Shown: positions 1 through 7,078, counted from the first letter of the stretch. The stretch is DNA of 31,006 nucleotides from Candidatus Pacearchaeota archaeon (GCA_017609995.1 JAFCCX010000001.1:1-31006), one strand, 5' to 3'. Numbers and translations: made by a program. The notes: generated from the sequence alone by a model not told the origin.

Positions 1-960
1 GAATTCTTACTAGATGTGCGTCATTTATGGCTCAGAAGCAGAAAAATGCAGGCAGTTTTGAAGGTTAGAAGCAAGGTTTTCGAGGCAATTCACGAATATT
101 TCAAGAAAAAGGACTTCACACTTACACATATGCCGCTTTTAACAGCTGGAAGCGCAGAATCTGGTCCAGATTTGTTCAAAGTCAAATATTTTGATAAAAC
201 AGCTTACTTAAGCCAAACTTGGCAGCTTTATGCAGAGTCAATTCTGCCATCTATTGAGAAGATTTACACAATCACACCTGCTTTTAGAGCTGAAAAGTCA
301 AAAACATTCAGACATTTGACTGAATATTGGACAGCAGAAGCTGAAATGGCTTGGTGCGACCTAGATTGCTCTATTAAAATCACAGAAGAGCTAGTTGAAT
401 ATGTTCTTCAGAAGGTTGCTCGCGAATGTGCTAAACCTTTAGCTGTTTTGGGCAGAGATCTAGCTCAGTTAAAGCAAATTAAGAGACCTTTCCCTAGAAT
501 TACTTATGATAAAGCTCTTCAAATTCTTGCAAAAGATGGAATGAAGATTAAATGGGGGAAAGACCTCAGAACAGAAGAGGAAAGGCAATTGATGAAACAC
601 TACAAGAAACCTCTTGTTGTTACTCATTATCCAAAGAAAGTTATGGCTTTCTACAAGCCGCGGGATGCTAAAAAGCCAGAAACAGCTTTAGCATATGATA
701 TGCTTTGCCCAGAAATTGGAATAGAGCTAGTTGGCGGGTCTGAAAGAGAGCTTGATATTGCAGAATTAAAGAAATCTCTGAAAGATGTTGGTGAGGACCC
801 AAAGAAATACGCATTTTATTTTGACAGTCGGAAGTATGGTAAAGTTCCGCATGCTGGTTTTGGCTTAGGAATAGAAAGACTAATCTTCTGGATTTGCAAA
901 CTAGACCATATCAGAGATGCTATACCTTTCCCAAGAACAATTTCTAGAATTAAACCTTAA
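1..960 (+). CDS. asnS: Asparagine--tRNA ligase, 5'-truncated by the window edge
   Basis: Frame is open from base 1 (EFLLDVRHLWLRS...). Class IIb motifs YLSQTWQLYAE, FRAEKSKTFRHLTEYW and HAGFGLGIERL...IRDAIPFPR. AsnRS is favoured over non-discriminating AspRS on motif wording only. Confidence 0.85.
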   Translation, partial: EFLLDVRHLWLRSRKMQAVLKVRSKVFEAIHEYFKKKDFTLTHMPLLTAGSAESGPDLFKVKYFDKTAYLSQTWQLYAESILPSIEKIYTITPAFRAEKSKTFRHLTEYWTAEAEMAWCDLDCSIKITEELVEYVLQKVARECAKPLAVLGRDLAQLKQIKRPFPRITYDKALQILAKDGMKIKWGKDLRTEEERQLMKHYKKPLVVTHYPKKVMAFYKPRDAKKPETALAYDMLCPEIGIELVGGSERELDIAELKKSLKDVGEDPKKYAFYFDSRKYGKVPHAGFGLGIERLIFWICKLDHIRDAIPFPRTISRIKP

Positions 961-1445
961 CCTTCTTGAATTAGTTTAGAACGACTAACTAATCCCATTT
1001 CAACTAATCTATCTATCACTTCTCTTGTATCTTTAAGAGGTATACCTGTACGCTCAGCTACTGCTTCTGGTGTTTCAGGAAGAAGTTTAACATAACATCG
1101 TTCAGTTTCATTATCAATATGCATTATAGCATAATAAAAATCCCCAAAAACTAAACGTCCGTTACCTTCTTGATTAGCAAGAACTAATCCTAAAGTTCGT
1201 AGAGCACTTAGTTCACTTGTAGTTACATATTCACCTTTTTCATCAGATCGAAAATCGTATCTTTCACCATTAAATCTTAAACGATCCCCAAAACTAACAC
1301 TATTTTCATCAGCACTTTCAAAAATATAAAAATTATTACCTACTTTTAATAGAGACTCAGTTTCATCTCCTCCATCTATGAAGCCAATTTTTCCACTAAG
1401 CCCACCCATTTCTTTTTTAGTTAGGGTTTGATTTGAATAATCCAT
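957..1445 (-). CDS. Hypothetical protein with a possible C-terminal winged-HTH
   Basis: 162-aa ORF; the C-terminus PEAVAERTGIPLKDTREVIDRLVEMGLVSR has wHTH spacing. Confidence 0.6.
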   Translation of the reverse strand: MDYSNQTLTKKEMGGLSGKIGFIDGGDETESLLKVGNNFYIFESADENSVSFGDRLRFNGERYDFRSDEKGEYVTTSELSALRTLGLVLANQEGNGRLVFGDFYYAIMHIDNETERCYVKLLPETPEAVAERTGIPLKDTREVIDRLVEMGLVSRSKLIQEG

Positions 1446-1480
1446 ACTAATACTTAGTTACGAAAGATATAAAAAACTAG

Positions 1481-1564
1481 TGGCAGGGACATGATTCGAA
1501 CATGCGAAGGCACTAAGCCACAGGATCTTAAGTCCTGCCCCTTTGACCACTTGGGTACCCTGCC
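1481..1564 (-). tRNA. tRNA-Leu(UAA)
   Basis: Reverse complement folds as a cloverleaf: acceptor GGCAGGG/CCCTGCC, anticodon loop CT-TAA-GA, long variable arm, TTCGAAT T-loop. No encoded CCA. Confidence 0.95.
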
Positions 1565-1685
1565 GTAATATTCTGGGTCTAATTTAGTTTTTAAGTGTTT
1601 CCACGACCATAGAGAGTGGAAGCCAGCGAATTCTGAAAGAGCGTGTTTCCGATAGTTTTAAAAGTAAGTTTTCCAGTTGTTTTGT

Positions 1686-2372
1686 ATGGTTAAGAAAATA
1701 TCCAAAAAACACATCAGGAACGTAATAATTGTAGGTAAACCTGGTGCTGGAAAAGGTGTTAGAGCAGAAATTCTAAGTTCTGAATTAAAGTTGAAACACC
1801 TTTCAACAGGTGATATTTTCAAAGAAATTCTAACAAAGAAAACTCCACTAGCAACTAAAGTTAGAAAATATTACGAAGCTGGACATCTTGTTCCAGACAA
1901 AATTGTGAATGAAGTTTTCGCAGAATATTTCAAAAAACATGATTACAAAGGCTGTATTTTAGACGGCTTTCCGAGAAATGTTTCACAAGCAAAGTTCTTT
2001 ATGAAACTTTTAGAAAAAAAAGGCAGCGGTGTTGATATGATTATTCTTTCTCACAGAGAAGATAAGGATATTGTTGAGCACATTATTCACAGACATGATT
2101 GTTTAGATTGTAATAAGATCTATCATATGCAAGATAACCCACCAAAGAAAACAGGAGTATGCGATATTTGTGGTGGAAAAGTTACTCAAAGATCTGATGT
2201 TCACAAAATCAAGATGAGACTTGATGTTTTTAGAAAAGAAATCGAGCCAATGATTGATTGGCTGAAAAAGCACGATGTTCATTTTATAATGGTCCCTGGA
2301 AAAGTTGATCCTTACAGCCAGAAAGCTATACGGGAATCTGTAATGAAAGAACTCCGCCGTGTTCTAAATTAG
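1686..2372 (+). CDS. adk: Adenylate kinase (bacterial type, Zn-LID), paralog 1
   Basis: GKPGAGKG P-loop, HLSTGD, LDGFPR and CxxC...CxxC LID. ATG 1686 is preferred because TTTTAAAA lies about 25 nt upstream. Confidence 0.88.
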   Translation: MVKKISKKHIRNVIIVGKPGAGKGVRAEILSSELKLKHLSTGDIFKEILTKKTPLATKVRKYYEAGHLVPDKIVNEVFAEYFKKHDYKGCILDGFPRNVSQAKFFMKLLEKKGSGVDMIILSHREDKDIVEHIIHRHDCLDCNKIYHMQDNPPKKTGVCDICGGKVTQRSDVHKIKMRLDVFRKEIEPMIDWLKKHDVHFIMVPGKVDPYSQKAIRESVMKELRRVLN

Positions 2373-2414
2373 ACATAGAAACGCTTTTAAACCAACTTTC
2401 TGCCTTATTTTTAT

Positions 2415-2486
2415 GGGCCCATAGCATAATGGATAGTGCGGCCGGCTTCGGACCGGTTGATGGGGGTTCGAATCCTCCTGGGCTCA
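2415..2486 (+). tRNA. tRNA-Arg(UCG)
   Basis: GGGCCCA/TGGGCTC acceptor, GCCGG-CTTCGGA-CCGGT anticodon arm, GGGGG-TTCGAAT-CCTCC T arm. Confidence 0.95.
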
Positions 2487-2489
2487 CTA

Positions 2490-2512
2490 GAAACTTTTTC
2501 AAAAAAAGTTTC
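2490..2512. repeat. Perfect 10-bp inverted repeat between tRNA-Arg and tRNA-Glu
   Basis: GAAACTTTTT-CAA-AAAAAGTTTC. Confidence 0.85.
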
Positions 2513-2527
2513 ATCAAAAAACGATCT

Positions 2528-2644
2528 GCCCCTGTGGTGTAGTCCGGTTAATCATACCAGCCTCTCAAGCTGGTGACTCGAGTTCAAAGCGAGCTTCGCT
2601 CGGTTTACTACGAACGAAGTTTGGAGAAAATCTCGGCGGGGGCA
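2528..2644 (+). tRNA. tRNA-Glu(CUC) with a 42-nt non-canonical T-loop intron (about 2589-2630, position 59/60)
   Basis: GCCCCTG/CGGGGGC acceptor, CCAGC-CTCTCAA-GCTGG anticodon arm, TCGAG/CTCGG T-stem. Removing 2589-2630 restores the T-loop TTCAAAT. Confidence 0.92.
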
Positions 2645-2649
2645 TACAA

Positions 2650-2841
2650 TTATATACACCGTGTAGAATTATCAAATTTTTTACTTATGAAAGAAGGGTC
2701 ATCATCTGGAATGATTTCTAAGGCAATATCGCCATCATCACCATCATCTTCAACAGCTAGAATTATTTTTACCTTTTCAGCAAGCTCTTTAACTAGCTTA
2801 TCTTCCACTCTTTTCCAATTAATATTCATTTTTTTAGGCAT
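2650..2841 (-). CDS. Small hypothetical protein (63 aa, MPKKMNINW...)
   Basis: 3' part of the track ORF 2650-2952. ATG 2841 lies 25.5 nt from the centre of TTATAA (2864-2869). Confidence 0.6.
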   Translation of the reverse strand: MPKKMNINWKRVEDKLVKELAEKVKIILAVEDDGDDGDIALEIIPDDDPSFISKKFDNSTRCI

Positions 2842-2863
2842 TAGGACTGGTAGATAGGAACGC

Positions 2864-2869
2864 TTATAA
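2864..2869. promoter_or_regulatory. Centred TATA box shared by divergent starts at 2841(-) and 2892(+)
   Basis: The palindrome TTATAA is equidistant (25.5 nt) from both ATGs. Confidence 0.65.
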
Positions 2870-2891
2870 ATTCTTATATGGCCTACTAGAC

Positions 2892-3278
2892 ATGACAGCA
2901 TTGAAAAGACCAAAATCAATGGATGAGTTAGCTTATTACACTCGCAGAGCAATTGGAACTGGAAAGGCAGAATTATGGGTTTTCAAAGAGAAATGCTCAT
3001 GTGGCGCTTTACCAAAAAAGCCAAAGATGCGAGCTCCAACTTACGAATGTAGTTGTGGAAAAAGTATTCCAAAAGATGAATATGAAGAGAAGCTAACAGC
3101 AAGTATAGTATATACTTGTCCGCATTGTAATTTTTCTGGTGAAACACAAGTCCCATTTCATAGAAAGAAAGTAACTATTTTTGATGAGAAAAAACAAAAG
3201 AAAGTTCGAGTAGAGTCTGTAAGATTTCAATGTGAAAAGTGTGGAAAAGATATCGATGTTACAAAGAAGATGAAGTAG
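2892..3278 (+). CDS. Uncharacterised multi-Zn-ribbon protein
   Basis: Four Cys pairs (CSC, CSC, CPHC, CEKC) in a basic 128-aa protein. From recall (not a search) it resembles a conserved hypothetical of Woese-/Pacearchaeota. Confidence 0.8.
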   Translation: MTALKRPKSMDELAYYTRRAIGTGKAELWVFKEKCSCGALPKKPKMRAPTYECSCGKSIPKDEYEEKLTASIVYTCPHCNFSGETQVPFHRKKVTIFDEKKQKKVRVESVRFQCEKCGKDIDVTKKMK

Positions 3279-3423
3279 AATCATCTTTCTTTTTCTTAGC
3301 GTCTTCATAATTTGTTTTGTTTAGAGCAACTGTTTCAGCTTGGTCAATTATTTTTTCAGAATCTGAAAAAGCTAAACCCATATCTTTCAGAATTTTCCGT
3401 AGTTCTTCTTTTCGGTCTGTCAT
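3259..3423 (-). CDS. Small hypothetical protein (54 aa), not in the ORF track
   Basis: ATG..TAA ORF MTDRKEELRKILKDMGLAFSDSEKIIDQAETVALNKTNYEDAKKKKDDSTSSSL. Minus-strand TTTATATT lies about 25-30 nt upstream, and the ORF fills an otherwise empty gap. Confidence 0.6.
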   Translation of the reverse strand: MTDRKEELRKILKDMGLAFSDSEKIIDQAETVALNKTNYEDAKKKKDDSTSSSL

Positions 3424-3502
3424 TAAGCTGCCTAAAACAAACTTGAATATAAAGTTTTAGGTTAAGAAAGGTTTAATAATTCTCTGAACAGTTGAAATTT
3501 AT

Positions 3503-3574
3503 GCCTCTGTGGCTCAGCGGTAGAGCGCGTGCTTGGTAAGTGCGAGGTCGCGGGTTCGATTCCCGCCAGAGGCT
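3503..3574 (+). tRNA. tRNA-Thr(GGU)
   Basis: GCCTCTG/CAGAGGC acceptor, loop TT-GGT-AA, GCGGG-TTCGATT-CCCGC T arm. Confidence 0.95.
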
Positions 3575-3611
3575 TAGAAAGTTTTTTATTGTTCTAGTGT
3601 TCTTCTTTTGC

Positions 3612-4733
3612 ATGTCAAAGAGATGGCTAGGCCTATTTTTCATATTCATATTAATCACCGGTATTGGAACTGCTTATGCGTTGCCTGATTTAATTATAGA
3701 TTTCTCTCCAAAAGAAGTTGAAATACAACACGATGAGACTGCACTCTTTGATGTTGAACTAACTAATAATTATAATGTTCACCAGAACATTTCAATTCCA
3801 ACACCAAGAACTGATTGGAATATTTACATTAGTGATTATTTCCTTCAGATTCCGCGTACTGTTTCTAAAAACACAACAATAGCAATAACTCCACCACCAG
3901 ATGTAGAAGCAGGTGAATATGGAATTTATATTGAATTTAATTCAGAAACAAGCCCAGAAGTTAGTACATACAAATATTTCCAAGTGAAAGTTACAGATGA
4001 CGGTCCAGGAATTACACCACCACCAAGAAGAGAAGCTTTGGTAACTGAATCTTCTGAAAAGGGTTTTCTAACAGAAACATTTACAGTTACTATTCTAAAT
4101 ACTGGAACAATGAATATCTCTGATAAATATTCTGTTTCAATTGAATCTCCTGATTACTTTTTCTTTAGTGCATTACCACTACAAACAATGTCTAAAAAAA
4201 TAGATAGTATACAAGAATACACTTGGTATTATGAGCTTATACCTGGAGAAGAAGATACAATTACTTACAAAATATCCTATCTTCCTTTACTTATTGCTGG
4301 AATCTTAATTGTATTTGCAGCATTTATGCTCGCATTCTATTACATAACTAGATTTACATTAAAGAAAGAGATTGTTATGAAACCAACTAAGAAAAAAGAC
4401 GAACATAGAACAATCAAAATAAGACTTAACTTGAAAAATAATACATACTCTGATCAGAAAAACGTTGTTCTAAGAGACAGTGTTCCTTCTCCATTAAAAG
4501 TTACTGAGAACTTTGGAACACTTGAACCAACAATACGGAAATCAAAAGGACATAAAGTTCTAACTTGGAAATTTGATAAATTAGAACCAAGAGAAGAGCG
4601 AGTTGTTTCTTATGAACTTAAATCATCAATGGAAGTAATCGGAAAAATCCTTATTCCACAAGCAGTTGCAAGCCAGAAAGTTGGTAAGAAACTTGAACGA
4701 ATTTATTCTAGAATTTCTAGGAAAGATAAGTGA
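3612..4733 (+). CDS. Membrane-anchored cell-surface protein (signal peptide, beta-rich Ig-like domains, TM helix, DUF11-like C-terminal domain)
   Basis: True start is probably ATG 3612 (MSKRWLGLFFIFILITGIGTAYA), since the track start lies inside tRNA-Thr. TM segment LLIAGILIVFAAFMLAFYYI. C-terminal VVLRDSVP...LTWKFDKLEPREERVVSYEL. Confidence 0.75.
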   Translation: MSKRWLGLFFIFILITGIGTAYALPDLIIDFSPKEVEIQHDETALFDVELTNNYNVHQNISIPTPRTDWNIYISDYFLQIPRTVSKNTTIAITPPPDVEAGEYGIYIEFNSETSPEVSTYKYFQVKVTDDGPGITPPPRREALVTESSEKGFLTETFTVTILNTGTMNISDKYSVSIESPDYFFFSALPLQTMSKKIDSIQEYTWYYELIPGEEDTITYKISYLPLLIAGILIVFAAFMLAFYYITRFTLKKEIVMKPTKKKDEHRTIKIRLNLKNNTYSDQKNVVLRDSVPSPLKVTENFGTLEPTIRKSKGHKVLTWKFDKLEPREERVVSYELKSSMEVIGKILIPQAVASQKVGKKLERIYSRISRKDK

Positions 4734-4761
4734 TTTCTAAGGTTAGATATTAACCCAAACG

Positions 4762-4769
4762 TTTATAAA
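4762..4769 (+). promoter_or_regulatory. TATA box of tRNA-Tyr
   Basis: TTTATAAA about 24 nt upstream of the tRNA 5' end. Confidence 0.7.
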
Positions 4770-4792
4770 CCAAAATTAAGGAAAAATAGTAA

Positions 4793-4899
4793 CCCCTCGT
4801 AGCTCAATGGTAGAGCGCACGGTTGTAGATTGGTTTACCAGCTAATAACTGGTCCGTGCAGATCCCGTGAGGTTCCTGGTTCAAATCCGGGCGAGGGGA
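4793..4899 (+). tRNA. tRNA-Tyr(GUA) with a 35-nt anticodon-loop intron (about 4829-4863, position 37/38)
   Basis: C1-G72 acceptor CCCCTCG/CGAGGGG with A73, CACGG/CCGTG stem, GTA at 4825-4827. The central BHB helix TTGT/GCAG has bulges AGA and ATC. Confidence 0.92.
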
Positions 4900-4900
4900 C

Positions 4901-5056
4901 TTATTTTTTAGTCTTCTTTTTTTTGATCCATCCGCCACCTTTCTTTTTGACCCAACCTGTTGCTGCACTGCAAACTGCCCAAGGATTTACTTTCTTTTTC
5001 TTTCCCTGGTTTTTTCGCGTAACATCTTTGACACACTTTTCTAATATTTTTGGCAT
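4901..5056 (-). CDS. Small very basic Cys/Trp protein (51 aa), not in the ORF track
   Basis: MPKILEKCVKDVTRKNQGKKKKVNPWAVCSAATGWVKKKGGGWIKKKKTKK. It fills the Tyr-Asp spacer and has TTTATAAA (5088-5095) upstream. Confidence 0.72.
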   Translation of the reverse strand: MPKILEKCVKDVTRKNQGKKKKVNPWAVCSAATGWVKKKGGGWIKKKKTKK

Positions 5057-5087
5057 GAAATAAGAGCACAATTATACAATAAAAAGA

Positions 5088-5095
5088 TTTATAAA
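5088..5095. promoter_or_regulatory. TATA box for tRNA-Asp, possibly shared with the divergent small ORF
   Basis: TTTATAAA about 24 nt upstream of tRNA-Asp; the sequence is self-complementary. Confidence 0.65.
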
Positions 5096-5118
5096 TGGCT
5101 TATCGGAGTCAAAATTAT

Positions 5119-5268
5119 GCCCTGGTGGTGTAGCGGCTATCATCTCAGCCTGTCGAGCTGAGGACTCGAGTTCGAGCGTAATTCAGGGGACCAACGAAGC
5201 GAAAATATTATAAACGCTTCGAATAACACAAATATACCTTGAATAAACCGAAAATCTCGGCCAGGGCG
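5119..5268 (+). tRNA. tRNA-Asp(GUC) with a 78-nt non-canonical T-loop intron (5177-5254, position 59/60)
   Basis: GCCCTGG/CCAGGGC acceptor with G73, TCAGC-CTGTCGA-GCTGA arm, TCGAG/CTCGG T-stem. BHB with central helix TTCG/CGAA and 3-nt bulges AGC and AAT. Confidence 0.93.
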
Positions 5269-5295
5269 CTTTAATTCCTTTAGGAGCGTGTCAAA

Positions 5296-5577
5296 CTGCC
5301 TAAAAAATCTTCTTCTCCAAGCAAAAAGAATGAAACCACCTCAAAGGAGACTCTTAATTTATCAAAACATATTCTTGTACCAAAACATATACTCTTATCT
5401 GATAAAGAGAAGACTGCGCTTTTAGATAGTTATAATATTTCAGAATTTCAAGTACCTATCATTAAAATAAAAGACCCAATTATTAAACTTATAAACGCTA
5501 AACCTGGAGATGTAATTAAAATTACCAGAAAAGGTCCGACAGGGACTTATGAATATTTTAGAAGAGTAACTGATTAA
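5296..5577 (+). CDS. rpoH: RNA polymerase subunit Rpo5 (H), probable CTG start; missed by the ORF track
   Basis: KHILVPKHILLSDKEK...PIIKIKDPIIKLINAKPGDVIKITRKG...YFRRV is the Rpo5 signature, in the expected position before rpoB''. No in-frame ATG/GTG/TTG follows the upstream TAG (5281-5283). AGGAG lies 9 nt before CTG 5296. Confidence 0.93.
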   Translation: MPKKSSSPSKKNETTSKETLNLSKHILVPKHILLSDKEKTALLDSYNISEFQVPIIKIKDPIIKLINAKPGDVIKITRKGPTGTYEYFRRVTD

Positions 5578-5578
5578 A

Positions 5579-7078
5579 ATGAATATAGAAGATCAACAAA
5601 TGCTGATAAGGAAATATTTCGAAGAGAATAACTTCGTAAAAAGCAATATTGATTCTTATGATTCGTTTATTAAATGGAGAATTCAAGAGATAATTTCTGA
5701 CCAAAAAGAGGCAATTCCTGCAGTTATTCCGCCAGATATGGAAGATGTGAGATTTAGATTCGGCGAAGTTTTCATTAAACAACCAACAATTATCGAAGCA
5801 GATGGTGCGGAAAGAATGCTTTTACCAACAGAAGCCAGACTTCGAAACTTGTCTTACAATGCTTTAGTTTACATTGAAGTTAGTTTAGTTATTGATGGAA
5901 AAGAGCGAGATAGAGCTGAGGTTCAAATCGCTGAGATTCCGGTTATGGTTCGGTCAGGTCTTTGTTATCTAAACAAAATGAACAGAGAAGAATTGATTAA
6001 AGCTGGAGAAGATCCAGGAGATCCTGGAGGTTATTTTATTATTGATGGAACAGAAAGAGTTCTAGTTCTATTAGAAGACTTAGCTCCAAATCACGTTTTT
6101 ACTAAAGAAGAAAAAGTTGGCCCATCAACTCATTCTGCAAATGTTTTCTCAGCAAGTGAGAGCTACAGAATCCCACTTGAAATGGAGAGAAGCAAAGATG
6201 GATTATTTTTAGTTAGTTTTTCAGGAATTCATAGAGTTCCATTTGTTGTTCTATTGAAAGCTCTTGGAATTAAAGTTGATAAAGACATTCTTGAAACAAC
6301 AACTCTTGAAATGAATGAAGACATGTATATTAATTTCTATGAGTTTACTGAGCTTGTTAAGACACAAGAAGAAGCACAGGAGTTTATTGCAAAGACACTT
6401 CACTTAAGTTTACCAAAAGACAGAAAACTTCAGAGAGTAAATTACATTCTTAATAATCTTTTATTACCGCACCTTGGAAAAGAGTCAAAGAACAGAAATG
6501 CTAAAGCAGCTTTCCTTGGACGAATGGTTAAGAAAATACTTCTCCTAAAAGCTGGAAAGATTACACCTGATGATAAAGACCATTACATGAACAAAAGAGT
6601 TCGACTTGCAGGAGATTTACTTGAAGATCTTTTCAGAACAAACTTCAAAGTTTTGGTTAATGATATGTTGTATATCTTCCAGCGAGGAGTTAGACGAGGA
6701 AGATTAATTCCAATAACTTCTATTGTTAGAACAAAACTTTTAACACAAAGAATTAAGAGCGCAATGGCAACTGGTAAGTGGACAGCAAACAGACAAGGAG
6801 TTAGCCAGAGATTAGAACGAGATAATCCATCTAACACTTTCTCACACTTACGAAGAGTTGTTTCACTTTTAGAATCAAACAGAGAGAGTTTCAAAGCTCG
6901 GGAACTTCACCCAACACATTGGGGAAGACTTTGCCCACTTGAATCTCCAGAAGGTAAGAACATTGGTTTGAGAAAGAACTTAGCAATTCTAGCTCAAATT
7001 ACACCAAAACTTACACAAAAAGATTATGCAGATATCATGCGAGGATTAGAGAAACTAGGTTTGGAGATGATTAAATGA
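5579..7078 (+). CDS. rpoB2: RNA polymerase subunit Rpo2N (B'')
   Basis: EARLRNLSY, DPGGYFIIDGTERV, DKDHYMNKRVRLAGDL and WGRLCPLESPEGKNIGL motifs. Confidence 0.97.
   Translation: MNIEDQQMLIRKYFEENNFVKSNIDSYDSFIKWRIQEIISDQKEAIPAVIPPDMEDVRFRFGEVFIKQPTIIEADGAERMLLPTEARLRNLSYNALVYIEVSLVIDGKERDRAEVQIAEIPVMVRSGLCYLNKMNREELIKAGEDPGDPGGYFIIDGTERVLVLLEDLAPNHVFTKEEKVGPSTHSANVFSASESYRIPLEMERSKDGLFLVSFSGIHRVPFVVLLKALGIKVDKDILETTTLEMNEDMYINFYEFTELVKTQEEAQEFIAKTLHLSLPKDRKLQRVNYILNNLLLPHLGKESKNRNAKAAFLGRMVKKILLLKAGKITPDDKDHYMNKRVRLAGDLLEDLFRTNFKVLVNDMLYIFQRGVRRGRLIPITSIVRTKLLTQRIKSAMATGKWTANRQGVSQRLERDNPSNTFSHLRRVVSLLESNRESFKARELHPTHWGRLCPLESPEGKNIGLRKNLAILAQITPKLTQKDYADIMRGLEKLGLEMIK

Noticed and set aside
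2573-2857. Track ORF of 94 aa (+)
   Set aside because: It overlaps tRNA-Glu and its intron and is antisense to the better-supported 2650-2841 ORF.
3540-3611. N-terminal extension of the surface protein
   Set aside because: It lies within tRNA-Thr and its T-rich trailer; ATG 3612 gives a proper signal peptide.
4830-5063. Track ORF of 77 aa (+)
   Set aside because: It starts inside the tRNA-Tyr intron and is the Phe-rich antisense shadow of the Lys-rich 4901-5056 ORF.
957-5268. Integrated element at the tRNA cluster
   Set aside because: No integrase, no duplicated tRNA 3' end (att site) and no viral or plasmid hallmark genes were seen.
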